Source: a virus (taxonomy: Duplodnaviria; Caudoviricetes). Taken from it: 33,253 nt of DNA. Shown here in pieces: positions 17,401 through 25,639 of the stretch. The notes under the pieces were generated by a model. That model ran no database searches and was not told the origin of the DNA. It saw nothing but the letters and a program-made list of their open reading frames with translations. The position numbers and the translations under genes are program-made. Location: positions 1 through 33,253 of IMG/VR virus record IMGVR_UViG_3300003375_000083. One strand, given 5' to 3'. Each line of letters begins with the position of its first letter. Position 1 is the first letter of the stretch.

Positions 17401-20400
17401 TTATATTCACATTATTCTGACTGGGAAGATCCTAGCACAACAAAAGGTTACATTGGATATGTAAATCCAAAAGATTTTTTGGCTGCCACTACTACAAAAG
17501 AATACTTAAAAACTTTAGAAAAAGAATCTACCCCACTAGATATAAAGCAACTTGCTGAAGAGTCTCAGGAAATATTTTTAAACATTACAGAACCAAAGTC
17601 TTATGGATCAACCGTCAGAGGTCACGAAGGAAGACATAGGATGATTGCCTTAATGAGGGCTGGTGTTGAAAAGGTTCCTGTTGTTTTTAATGCTAGAACA
17701 TGGATAGATAACGCAAAACCAATTAGTGTTATGAGGGTTGGTGGACAAGAATTTAACGTTTACGATAAAGAAGGCAACCAATCAACAGAAAAAGGTACAG
17801 GCTTTCTTGCAGAAGACTTAATTCCTTTAAGTAAAAATTACAAGCAAGAAGTATTTGATACATTTGTTAAGCCTTTTTCAGATGTTCGTTTTGAGCGCAC
17901 CAACGCTCCTCCTAAAACATTTACTAAGATTGCTCCGCAGCAAACCGCTGGTGAGAAGCTGCAGACTATTAATTCCAACATTCAAAGCGCTTGGAATGAT
18001 TCAGATAACTGGACCAGACTACGCAATGAGTGGATTGATCCTAACTCTGGCTTAACCAAGAGTTTACAGTCATTACCAGTGTTTAACTCCAAAGGTCAGC
18101 TCCGTGCTGATATGTTGAATCACTCTCAGGCCCAAAGTATTAACTTGATTAAGAACGGCCTGTTAACTGGTATGCCAGTGCTGAATAAGGACGGATCCAT
18201 CGTTATTGACGAAAGCGAAAACAACTTAGCCCGCACACAAACTATCGCTGATAGCATTGATAATAACTCCTATGTTAAGTCTTCTGGACTATCAGGACGC
18301 TCCTACATTGCTGAGATTGCCCGTGCGCTGCGTGGTAAAGAGATTATGGAAGAGGATGCTGCCCGCCGTAAGCTTGGTATCCAGCAGCTCAAAGAGGCTA
18401 AGGAAGCCATTAAAGCAGCCCAAGAAGCCCGTGACGAAGGCCGCTCTATTACAGAGATCCGCAATCATTTAAACCGTGCTAAGGACTTACGCAAACAAGG
18501 CTACCTCAATAAGTCTATGAACCGTGAGTTGCAGATTGATCAGGCTCAGATTGATTGGGCAGAGAAGCAACTCAAGAACGTACCAGAAGTAAAACAAATT
18601 CTGGATATCTGGAAGAACGTAAACGATAGCTTGGTTAAGTTATGGGAAAGCGTTGGCCTATTGACCAAGGATCAAGCTGATTATTACCTTAGCAAGAAGT
18701 CATACGTGCCACTTTTTAAATCCCGTGAAGACTTAAGCGATAAGCCTACTGGATACGGCGGAACTGGTCTGAAGACTGCTAAAGAACTTAAACGTCTAAA
18801 GGGCGCTGAGATTGACCGTAACATCTGGGAAAACGTAGAGAAGCACTATGCCTCTATGGTTGCCTCTGCTTACCAGAATCAGACCCGTAAAGTTGGTACA
18901 GATCAGTTAAAGTCTTTGGGATTGGCTGAGATTGGTAAAGCAGATGATCCAAGAGTTAACCTACGTTATCGTGATCCAAGTAATGAGTTTGCTGATAACC
19001 AGGGCATAGTCCATGCAATCATTGAGAATCCAAACGACTTAGCTGCGTTCCAGATGATGCACTATGAGTTAGGGCCGCTAATGAAGAGTATGGCTGCGGC
19101 CAACCAAGTATTACGTGCTGGTGCCTTGTTAAACCCTATGTTCTGGATTAAACAGTTAATCCGTGATCCGGTGCATGCAACCTTGGTTACAGATAGCGGT
19201 ATCGTTACTCCATTTCATGCAGCCAAAGGTTACTTAGATATTTTGCGTGGTGACTCTAGAGAAGCTGGCATTCTTTCTAGGGCTGGCGTTATCGGTCAGA
19301 TGGATTCAACGATTGATATCCATGACTTCTTAAAACAGGTCGGCATGGAAAAGAAAGAGCCGTCAATATTAAGTAAAGCTATTCATAAAGCGATGAAGTT
19401 TCACGAAGCTTCTGATGCTGCAACCCGTGTAGCGCTCTTTAAAGATCAAGAGAAAAAAGCTTTAGCCATGGGCATGAGCAAAGAAGATGCAGTGAACTAC
19501 GCTGTATTTAAGGCCCGTGAATCCATTAACTTTGCTATCCATGGTACTTCTCCAATCTTGAATAACTTGCGCAATATGATTCCATTCTTATCTGCGTCTA
19601 TTAACAGTTTGGATACCGTATATCGTGCCGCTACTGGTTATGGATTGCCACCTGCAGAGAAGAAGGCTGCGCAGATGCTATTCGTTAAGCGGGCGCTAAT
19701 GATGTCTGTTATGGCTACAGCATATGCAATGATGTACCAAGGCGATGACGATTACAAGAAGCTGCCTGATTACACCAAAGACAATAACTTCCTATTGCCT
19801 AACCCATTTGGTGACGGCCATACATTTATCAAGATTCCAGTACCGTTTGAAGTTGGTTTCTTGTTTAAGACTATTCCTGAAGCTACAGTTCGCTATATGG
19901 CTGGTAACAGTACAGGCAAGGAAGTCCTTGGTTCATATCTAAGCGGTATTACCAACACCATTCCAGGCAACGGTATCCTATTGCCACAAGCAGTAAAGCC
20001 AGCATTTGAAGTGGTTACTAACCATTCATTCTTTACGCACCGTCCGATTGAGTCAGTTGGTGAGCAGAACCTACCAGTTGCTATGCGTGGCGCCCGTGCA
20101 TCTGAAGTGTCTAAACAATTAAGCGCATTAGGATTAGATAAGGTTGGATTGTCTCCAGCTAAGATTGATTATTTAATCCAAGGATATACCGCTGAGCTAG
20201 GTTCATTTACTACCAATATGGCAAGTTCTGCTGTTGACTTAGCTACAGGTACAGAACGTACTGCAAAGAATATCGAAGAGATGCCATTCTTTAAGTCGTT
20301 TATGACTAACCCTAAAGCAAGTAAGGCTATTGCTGATTTTTATGATTTAGAGCATACCGCCCAAGAAACGGTTAATGAGTTTAATCAGTATAAAAAATTT

Positions 20401-20649
20401 GGTGAAGCTGAGAAGATTAAAGAATTGATGGCTAATGAGCAGAACCGTAAGTTGATTGCGGCAGCTCCTGCTCTGCGTGGTATTCAGTCTCAAATGACTA
20501 ATCTCCGCACCCAAATGAAGATGATTGATCAGAATCAAAAGATGGATCCTGAGTTACGCCGTCAAAGATTAAATGATTTACAGACTATCTATGAGAGATT
20601 AGCTTTGCAGGGTGACAAAATAGCAACAGCTATGAAGATAGAAAGATAA
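14488..20649 (+). CDS. Large polyvalent (injected) protein: ddrB-like ParB, zincin metallopeptidase, second ParB/Srx-like module, LPD38
   Basis: LQNRNR..GAPVV..YAVIEA..AIAGNGR (~15625-16150); HEALH..EEAIA (17005-); GHEGRHR..AL...G...VPV (17620-); IPFLSASINSLD..YKKLPDY.KDNN..IKIPVPFEVG (~19580-19890). Confidence 0.8.
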   Translation: MELKPWEESYGAAEKAPWEEDYFGAAKPSEKRDTGFTGAAKSTIERMKGETALTAGKIGLMDTKAAEDYAAQQEAKARQMFQPTQEGWTQAPVTKFKELLGGSLPYVAAPLAAGAAAAFLPEAAAIGGIGAATLAGVGAGTAQYVGTGLSRQMETGKSLADTSLLNAGAAAFGEALLDRVSFGALPGIRKIFQTAGKDIGEDVLKEVAKKGIMSSAGELALAGVKGATVEGATEAAQQFLERLQAGLSLTDKAARDEYFDNFIGGAVLGGTLAAPGHVTEKMFGPKTTARTEQEAPAPKASEIFPTAEPVTSAGLEPIAAPVPPMPIERKEAPAAVPEPAPIPTPAPAAVTPPAPPVELPAAPPAPTVQPFQPSEMPSGAVLQNRNRNTPASISQMNQIASAPDYDRVSFSKDFNNGAPVVSGAMDISPAQLGKQSVATTINGRKIPVQYAVIEAHEVLPSNNADGSVNPAHGDTNYPGMQAIAGNGRVAGLQAAYQRGTAEAYKAEMSKDDTHGINPEVIKGMANPILVRVMPQNEITPDIADISNTASNAELSAVEQAKNDVNRFDFTGLKFNDSGDLTPDSVYGFVKSMPTTEQNKLMDEKGAPTRQAVERLDNAIFQKAYNSDNLINLVAQAQDPEAKLVLKGLREAAPVMARLEGTEFDIRPQIIQAAEMAVNARRQGIPLSEMLKNADMTLDPNTVKVMQVLAENARSGKRIAERLNKLGNTALNEVEQGGVDMFGERPARTMDQVFDEGLAPEPELFERATPFTDKFIAEEKELAKKLRKALDDMGLHNVALRLEDTLHEIRDGKASPINGYYFQKLINLSLSGSNMFRTMSHEALHAMRDLGFFSDADWKLLTDKAKSTWMKKYNIAEDYADKSKEIQYEEAIAKAFADHQTLAPKEKSIMAKAINILKRIGNVLRGAGYRTAHDVFTEAAAGKFTETKAPSAAMVNEYASKSAVLTPERLKSLYSHYSDWEDPSTTKGYIGYVNPKDFLAATTTKEYLKTLEKESTPLDIKQLAEESQEIFLNITEPKSYGSTVRGHEGRHRMIALMRAGVEKVPVVFNARTWIDNAKPISVMRVGGQEFNVYDKEGNQSTEKGTGFLAEDLIPLSKNYKQEVFDTFVKPFSDVRFERTNAPPKTFTKIAPQQTAGEKLQTINSNIQSAWNDSDNWTRLRNEWIDPNSGLTKSLQSLPVFNSKGQLRADMLNHSQAQSINLIKNGLLTGMPVLNKDGSIVIDESENNLARTQTIADSIDNNSYVKSSGLSGRSYIAEIARALRGKEIMEEDAARRKLGIQQLKEAKEAIKAAQEARDEGRSITEIRNHLNRAKDLRKQGYLNKSMNRELQIDQAQIDWAEKQLKNVPEVKQILDIWKNVNDSLVKLWESVGLLTKDQADYYLSKKSYVPLFKSREDLSDKPTGYGGTGLKTAKELKRLKGAEIDRNIWENVEKHYASMVASAYQNQTRKVGTDQLKSLGLAEIGKADDPRVNLRYRDPSNEFADNQGIVHAIIENPNDLAAFQMMHYELGPLMKSMAAANQVLRAGALLNPMFWIKQLIRDPVHATLVTDSGIVTPFHAAKGYLDILRGDSREAGILSRAGVIGQMDSTIDIHDFLKQVGMEKKEPSILSKAIHKAMKFHEASDAATRVALFKDQEKKALAMGMSKEDAVNYAVFKARESINFAIHGTSPILNNLRNMIPFLSASINSLDTVYRAATGYGLPPAEKKAAQMLFVKRALMMSVMATAYAMMYQGDDDYKKLPDYTKDNNFLLPNPFGDGHTFIKIPVPFEVGFLFKTIPEATVRYMAGNSTGKEVLGSYLSGITNTIPGNGILLPQAVKPAFEVVTNHSFFTHRPIESVGEQNLPVAMRGARASEVSKQLSALGLDKVGLSPAKIDYLIQGYTAELGSFTTNMASSAVDLATGTERTAKNIEEMPFFKSFMTNPKASKAIADFYDLEHTAQETVNEFNQYKKFGEAEKIKELMANEQNRKLIAAAPALRGIQSQMTNLRTQMKMIDQNQKMDPELRRQRLNDLQTIYERLALQGDKIATAMKIER
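16531..16545. repeat. Dispersed palindromic motif CAGGGTATACCCTTA
   Basis: One of three copies matching CAGGGTWWACCCTTA. Confidence 0.7.
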
Positions 20650-20695
20650 GGACTTTCCCTTATAAATCAAATAAATGTAGTGCATTCTTAAAATA

Positions 20696-20723
20696 CTTAT
20701 GGTAAAACCTTTCTAACCATAAG
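20696..20723 (+). promoter_or_regulatory. Inverted repeat abutting the RBS of the phosphoesterase gene
   Basis: CTTATGGT (20696-20703) and ACCATAAG (20716-20723) are perfect 8-bp reverse complements, followed by AGAGGAG and ATG 20737. Confidence 0.45.
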
Positions 20724-20736
20724 AGAGGAGTATTAA

Positions 20737-21699
20737 ATGGCTGGATATTATTTAACTGACGAACAATGGATTGAGTCTTGGAATAAATTAGGCAGTCCAG
20801 AAGAGTTCTCAAAAGTCAATAAGATTGCAATTAGAAATGTTTATTCAAGACGTAGGAATATTGAAGCAAAGCATGGCATTCAATTGCCTACATTTGCCAG
20901 TCAAAATCCAGCTTATCTAAAGAAGATTCAACAAACCCCTGGCAATGCCCGTAGAGGAATTGATATTGAAAAGGGTAAAGTAGTTGTATTTAGCGATGCC
21001 CACTTCTGGCCCGGTGAAGTAACCACCGCATATAAAGCCCTATTAAAGATCATCAAAGAGTTCAAGCCTAAAGTAGTCGTGGCTAACGGCGATATTTTCG
21101 ATGGCAGTCAGGCATCAAGACACGCCAGGATCGGCTGGGAAAAGACCCCAAGCGTCCGTGAGGAACTAGAGTCCTGTATAGAGATGATGGAAGGGATTGA
21201 GAAGGCTGCTAAAGGCGCTGAATTGATCTGGACGTTAGGCAACCATGACGCCCGCTTTGAAACGTTCCTATCGGCTCAAACAAGCATGTATGAGGGCGTA
21301 TCAGGGTTTACCCTTAAAGATCACTTCCCATTATGGAAACCATGCTGGTCATTCTGGGTTAATGAAGATACCTGTATTAAACACCGCTGGAAAGGTGGTT
21401 TTGGAGCTGGTCGTGCCAATGCCCTTAATTCGGGCGTAAACATGGTTACAGGCCACACACACAATTTGGCAGTGCAACCTATTACCGATTACAACGGAAC
21501 CCGCTATGGCATCCAAACGGGCTGCCTAGCAGATCCTAATGGCGAACAGTTTATGGCCTATACAGAAGATGCCCCAAAGGACTGGAGATCAGGGTTTGCC
21601 CTACTGTCTTTTGAGCGTGGTAGACTAATGCTTCCAGAGCTTATCCAAGTCTGCGGAGAATCGGAATTTGAATTTAGAGGATGTATAAACCAGTGCTAA
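20737..21699 (+). CDS. Calcineurin-like metallophosphoesterase with an N-terminal extension
   Basis: SDAH, NGDIFD, GNHD, H and GHTH motifs in canonical order. Confidence 0.9.
   Translation: MAGYYLTDEQWIESWNKLGSPEEFSKVNKIAIRNVYSRRRNIEAKHGIQLPTFASQNPAYLKKIQQTPGNARRGIDIEKGKVVVFSDAHFWPGEVTTAYKALLKIIKEFKPKVVVANGDIFDGSQASRHARIGWEKTPSVREELESCIEMMEGIEKAAKGAELIWTLGNHDARFETFLSAQTSMYEGVSGFTLKDHFPLWKPCWSFWVNEDTCIKHRWKGGFGAGRANALNSGVNMVTGHTHNLAVQPITDYNGTRYGIQTGCLADPNGEQFMAYTEDAPKDWRSGFALLSFERGRLMLPELIQVCGESEFEFRGCINQC
21302..21316. repeat. Dispersed palindromic motif CAGGGTTTACCCTTA
   Basis: Second copy of the motif. Confidence 0.7.
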
Positions 21700-22253
21700 C
21701 CAAGTATTGTTATAAGTGCAAAGAAACTAAACCTATAGACCTTTTTGGCAAGAATAAAAGCAAAAAGGATGGTTTAGCTACTGAATGCCGACCATGCAAA
21801 AGTCATGGCGATAAGCAATATTATCAAGCAAATGCAGATCAGGTTAAACAAACTGTTGCCAAATATCGTGCTGAAAACCCGGACAAGGTTAGTCAAGTTA
21901 AAAAAGACTGGTACGAAATTAGTAAAGAGCGTGTTTATAGCAAGACCAATGCCTATAGAAAAGCAAACCCAGAAAAATCGCTGCAATATCAAAGAAAATA
22001 TCAACAAGCTAATCGTGGCAAAAGAACCGCTTGGTTGGCAAAGTATAGGGCAGCTAGATTGCAGGCTACCCCACCTTGGTACGAAAAAGATTTGGTAGAG
22101 GCTGTATACATAAAAGCCAAAGAATGGGGCTTTGCCGTTGACCATGTCATACCTTTGCAGGGCGGTAATGTATGCGGGCTGCATTGCTGGTTAAACTTGC
22201 AGCTAATGGATCCAGTGCTTAATTCAAGCAAAGGAAATAGGCATCACGTATGA
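21681..22253 (+). CDS. HNH endonuclease with N-terminal Zn finger
   Basis: CYKC...CRPC, then QATPPW and VDHVIPLQGGNVCGLHCWLNLQ...N..KGN. Confidence 0.85.
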   Translation: MYKPVLTKYCYKCKETKPIDLFGKNKSKKDGLATECRPCKSHGDKQYYQANADQVKQTVAKYRAENPDKVSQVKKDWYEISKERVYSKTNAYRKANPEKSLQYQRKYQQANRGKRTAWLAKYRAARLQATPPWYEKDLVEAVYIKAKEWGFAVDHVIPLQGGNVCGLHCWLNLQLMDPVLNSSKGNRHHV

Positions 22254-22597
22254 AACTTACCCCTGCCATCTTAAAGAACTTATATTGTGCAATCTATTGC
22301 ATGAAGCCGTTCGATCGCTGGGCAATGCCCCTACCTGAAGAAATTAGCTTTGTTGTTGATCAAGACCCAGAGATTATGGGTACTTATTACTATGATGACG
22401 GTGGTGAGTTTGAGCATATCATCACCATCTCATCCAAAAAATGCGGTCATTTATCAACCGTTATCAGGGTCCTGTGCCATGAATGCGTCCACATGAGCAG
22501 ACATAAGACACATCGTTGGACTCACCATGACGCTGAGTTTAGACGGCGCACTAAACGTATTTCTGACGAGCTTGGGTTTGATCCGCTCGAACTCTGA
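22250..22597 (+). CDS. SprT-like HExxH metalloprotease
   Basis: VLCHECVH followed by H..EF, the minimal SprT-like pattern. Confidence 0.7.
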   Translation: MKLTPAILKNLYCAIYCMKPFDRWAMPLPEEISFVVDQDPEIMGTYYYDDGGEFEHIITISSKKCGHLSTVIRVLCHECVHMSRHKTHRWTHHDAEFRRRTKRISDELGFDPLEL

Positions 22598-22601
22598 TAC
22601 A

Positions 22602-22892
22602 TCATTTTCTACTTGGGTTTTCTCCCAGTTTCTTGTTGACTCGCTCCAGTAGCTCCTCCTGGGTAACGTTCCATTTATTTTCAAAACCTTTTGCACCCAA
22701 TCCGTGAACGCCACTGTTTCCCCGATGGTGTTCCGGGCATAGCGGTATGACAGGGGATGAAGACCTTTTGCCACCAAACCGTCTGATGTGATGCAGTTCT
22801 GCTGGGCTACCTTCAAACCCAAGGACTGAGGAGCAGAGAATACATCCGAGTCTTGCAATCTGGTCAAATGCGATCTTTTCATCTTTGGTCAT
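22602..22892 (-). CDS. Ref/DUF968-like recombination-enhancement HNH nuclease
   Basis: GCILC...AELHHIR...VIPLCPEHHRG..GVH. Confidence 0.8.
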   Translation of the reverse strand: MTKDEKIAFDQIARLGCILCSSVLGFEGSPAELHHIRRFGGKRSSSPVIPLCPEHHRGNSGVHGLGAKGFENKWNVTQEELLERVNKKLGENPSRK

Positions 22893-23143
22893 TTCAATTC
22901 AATCATTTTGCGGATATGCTCAGCAGCAATGTCAATTGCAGTAATAGCTTTAGGCTCTACCTTTACAACGTATCCATGGGCAATATGCCAGCCATAGTTA
23001 ACATCCCTAACCAACATACCGTTATCCATGAGAAAACGGGTATGAGCGCCTATGGAAGCTCTCCCAAGGCCTACATTGATGTCAATTGACTTGACCCCTG
23101 GATTCTGTGCTATGAACTGCAATATCAGCGTTTTCTTGTCCAT
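22889..23143 (-). CDS. Winged-helix DNA-binding protein
   Basis: ILQFIAQNPG....I...LG...I..H...L...G.L pattern. Confidence 0.55.
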   Translation of the reverse strand: MDKKTLILQFIAQNPGVKSIDINVGLGRASIGAHTRFLMDNGMLVRDVNYGWHIAHGYVVKVEPKAITAIDIAAEHIRKMIELK

Positions 23144-23240
23144 TGTAGAAATAATAGCTCCCGTCTTCTAAAACTTTATATTGTGGTGTCGACATTCCTG
23201 CCGCTTTAAGAGCTAGTATAACCTCTTCTAATTCATCCAT
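23082..23240 (-). CDS. Hypothetical protein (52 aa)
   Basis: Reads MDELEEVILALKAAGMSTPQYKVLEDG..., with AAGGA upstream. Fills a gap in the operon; below the ORF-track cutoff. Confidence 0.5.
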   Translation of the reverse strand: MDELEEVILALKAAGMSTPQYKVLEDGSYYFYNGQENADIAVHSTESRGQVN

Positions 23241-23398
23241 GGTCTATTCCTTTTGGCTTGTGTGCAAAGCTTCTGCACGTCTGGAGGATCCTGTTTTGTA
23301 ACCTCAGAACAGGCGTAAACCGACACCTCTGAATGCGTCTTAAATATAAACGCAAACAGAGTTATCAGCATCATCGTAGCTACTATTAATACCTTCAT
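23228..23398 (-). CDS. Small membrane-anchored/exported protein (56 aa)
   Basis: MKVLIVATMMLITLFAFIF N-terminal hydrophobic helix and two Cys. TGATG overlap with the upstream gene. Confidence 0.55.
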   Translation of the reverse strand: MKVLIVATMMLITLFAFIFKTHSEVSVYACSEVTKQDPPDVQKLCTQAKRNRPWMN

Positions 23399-23577
23399 CA
23401 ACTCTTGGTTCTTCTACGTTTTGGAACGATATCAACTATTCCACCGGTAACTTTTCTATCGGCTTCTAACTCTTCCAATAGTTCATCCGCAATAACAACA
23501 GCAGATTTTGCATTGCCGCAATTTACAAGAGCAAAACAAGCTGCTAGAAATCTCATATATTCTTTATCGTTTTCCAT
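23398..23577 (-). CDS. Hypothetical protein
   Basis: MENDKEYMRFLAACFAL...ADELLEEL. Start moved to ATG 23577; overlaps neighbours. Confidence 0.6.
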   Translation of the reverse strand: MENDKEYMRFLAACFALVNCGNAKSAVVIADELLEELEADRKVTGGIVDIVPKRRRTKS

Positions 23578-23854
23578 GTTGCTCCAGCATATCAATGCGC
23601 TCCACTAAAATGTCGCTTAATCTATCGTTACCAACCAATAGACTGGCCGCTTCTTTGGTTTCTCTGACAACCTTGGAGGCGTCTCGCAAACCCTTGTTGT
23701 AACCGCTAGTAAATTCATCTCCACCATCAAAGGCCGTGATCAAAGAATCTCTGATAAAAGCAGATGCCCTACGACTCTTGGATAGATCCTTAAGCTTATT
23801 GATTAAAGCCTGTGGAAGATAAATGCTATACGGCTTTAGCAATTCTTCAGACAT
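23564..23854 (-). CDS. Ribbon-helix-helix-like regulator
   Basis: YSIYLP.AL..KL.......S.FIR pattern. Start likely MSEELL at 23854. Confidence 0.55.
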   Translation of the reverse strand: MSEELLKPYSIYLPQALINKLKDLSKSRRASAFIRDSLITAFDGGDEFTSGYNKGLRDASKVVRETKEAASLLVGNDRLSDILVERIDMLEQHGKR

Positions 23855-24263
23855 TTTTCCATTCCTTGTATTTAGCATTCAATGACTTCAGAAGATGCTG
23901 AGCATTCATATCAGTTTTGATGTCTGCTCTAGACCTAACACCTAGGTAAGATGTCAACCATTCAATGCAAGATGCCTCATTCTTTTCAAACAACTGACCA
24001 TCATCAAATAGATAATCCCAAAAATCAGCATCCCTACATATCATTCCTGCTAACTTAACTAACTGGGATCCTGCAAACTCTTCACGGTTTAATGGTTTTT
24101 CCTCGTCTCCAAGGCGAACCATTACTACCATGTACCTAGCACCTACAAAATCCCGCATTAGCTCTTCTGGAAGTTCATCCGGATGGATAGCCAATGACAT
24201 GACTATTCCATCCTTAGTCTGCTTTAGAGCTACCTTCTTGCCCTCAAACTGACTTGTTTCCAT
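23847..24263 (-). CDS. Hypothetical phage protein
   Basis: 138-aa ORF tightly packed in the operon. No motif recognised with certainty. Confidence 0.65.
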   Translation of the reverse strand: METSQFEGKKVALKQTKDGIVMSLAIHPDELPEELMRDFVGARYMVVMVRLGDEEKPLNREEFAGSQLVKLAGMICRDADFWDYLFDDGQLFEKNEASCIEWLTSYLGVRSRADIKTDMNAQHLLKSLNAKYKEWKNV

Positions 24264-24668
24264 TTATAGCTTTCCTGAGAATAAGAACACTAAGCGATCC
24301 CAAAAGGTAAAGCTAGAGTCAAGACGGGCAGCCGCCTTAAAATCTTTAATAACCTTTTCAAGAGATTCATTCTCTTTCATCTCAGCAGCCAAAGCTTCTT
24401 GCAATTGCTTAGAAAGCTTTTCCCAATCTACAGGCTGAGATCCACCAAGTTCAACCAGCTTCTTGATAGCCTCTTCACGAGCCTTGCCATCTACCAGTTT
24501 AGGCTTGTTCTTAGATCCTACAGGACGTCCACGCTTAGGAAGCTTAGCTTTAGCAACTTCTGCTAATGGGATCTTATATACTTTAGCAAAATCAACTTCA
24601 GATTTAGTTAGCTTTACCTTGCGAGCATTCTTAGCAACTACTGCTGGTTTCTTTTTGGTTACGCCCAT
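24264..24668 (-). CDS. Basic protein with AT-hook and coiled coil
   Basis: PKRGRPVGSKNKPK motif, Lys-rich N-terminus and heptad-like C-terminus. Confidence 0.6.
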   Translation of the reverse strand: MGVTKKKPAVVAKNARKVKLTKSEVDFAKVYKIPLAEVAKAKLPKRGRPVGSKNKPKLVDGKAREEAIKKLVELGGSQPVDWEKLSKQLQEALAAEMKENESLEKVIKDFKAAARLDSSFTFWDRLVFLFSGKL

Positions 24669-24919
24669 GGATCTTTCTCCTCTTGTTTAGGTGCTGCATC
24701 TTTTTTAACGAATGTATCTACTGCAATAGATAGGAAGTTATTGCCTGCTTTAGACTGACGTTTCCAGCCAGACAACTTAATCTCTACCAAACCATCAGAC
24801 TTAGACATCAAGTCTTTTAGGTATGCTGGATCAACCTTGATACTTCCAAAGAAATCTGGAGACTTCTCAGACTTACGAATGGTTGATGGGACTAATGAAC
24901 CGCTATTTGGATACTCCAT
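24659..24919 (-). CDS. Single-stranded DNA-binding-like protein (DUF736-like)
   Basis: KSEKSPDFFGSI...LSGWKRQSKAGNNFLSI with an acidic/aromatic tail (EEKDPWA). Adjacent to ERF. Confidence 0.6.
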   Translation of the reverse strand: MEYPNSGSLVPSTIRKSEKSPDFFGSIKVDPAYLKDLMSKSDGLVEIKLSGWKRQSKAGNNFLSIAVDTFVKKDAAPKQEEKDPWA

Positions 24920-25639
24920 TTACTTCTCCTTTTTAAAAACTTGTCGTGCTGCTGTAAATTTAGCCATAAGGCCGTCATAAAACTCTTTATCTAACTCCTT
25001 AGCCCGGTCAAACAACGGACGGTTTACAGTAAAGATATTGAGTACATCTTCTTCTGAAGCCGTTAACTGGAGCAATGTCTCGCATCCTGCTTGGAACTCT
25101 TCCATCCACTGATCTGCAGTACCTTTGTCATTCACAGGCTTAAGAGTCCATGCACCTGGCAATGGAGCTTTTGAATCCAGTTTGATGCTGGCAACTACTG
25201 GCGTGGATTTAGCAGTAGCCACAGGCTTAGCGACTACTGCTTCAGGCTTTTTTGCTGGCTCATCCTTACCAGTCAATGGCTCTAATGCGTCATGCTCAAC
25301 GATTTCAAAGGCGTTAACCCAGAGATAACGGCGCAGATATGTCTGTACCGCACCCAAGTTTTGGACGTCATGGCAGCCCTTTAAAGCGGCGCTAGACATG
25401 GGCGATGTAAACATAACGGATGTGCCATCTTCTGTATCCACAATTTGCAGGAATGCCATATCGTGGTTAAACGATACAATTCCACATAAGTCTAGGTTTG
25501 CGCAGATCTTTTGAATGGCAGGTAAGAAATCTCCCAACTCAAAGTACTTGTACCCAGCAAACTTATTGTGGCCTGACTTCTTTAGCTCCGTATTCTGCAA
25601 CTTCATACGGGCTTCTTGTAACTTCTTATAAACGCTCAT
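24920..25639 (-). CDS. erf: ERF-family single-strand annealing protein
   Basis: KKSGHNKFAGYKYFEL.D and QNLGAVQTYLRRY motifs. Confidence 0.85.
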   Translation of the reverse strand: MSVYKKLQEARMKLQNTELKKSGHNKFAGYKYFELGDFLPAIQKICANLDLCGIVSFNHDMAFLQIVDTEDGTSVMFTSPMSSAALKGCHDVQNLGAVQTYLRRYLWVNAFEIVEHDALEPLTGKDEPAKKPEAVVAKPVATAKSTPVVASIKLDSKAPLPGAWTLKPVNDKGTADQWMEEFQAGCETLLQLTASEEDVLNIFTVNRPLFDRAKELDKEFYDGLMAKFTAARQVFKKEK

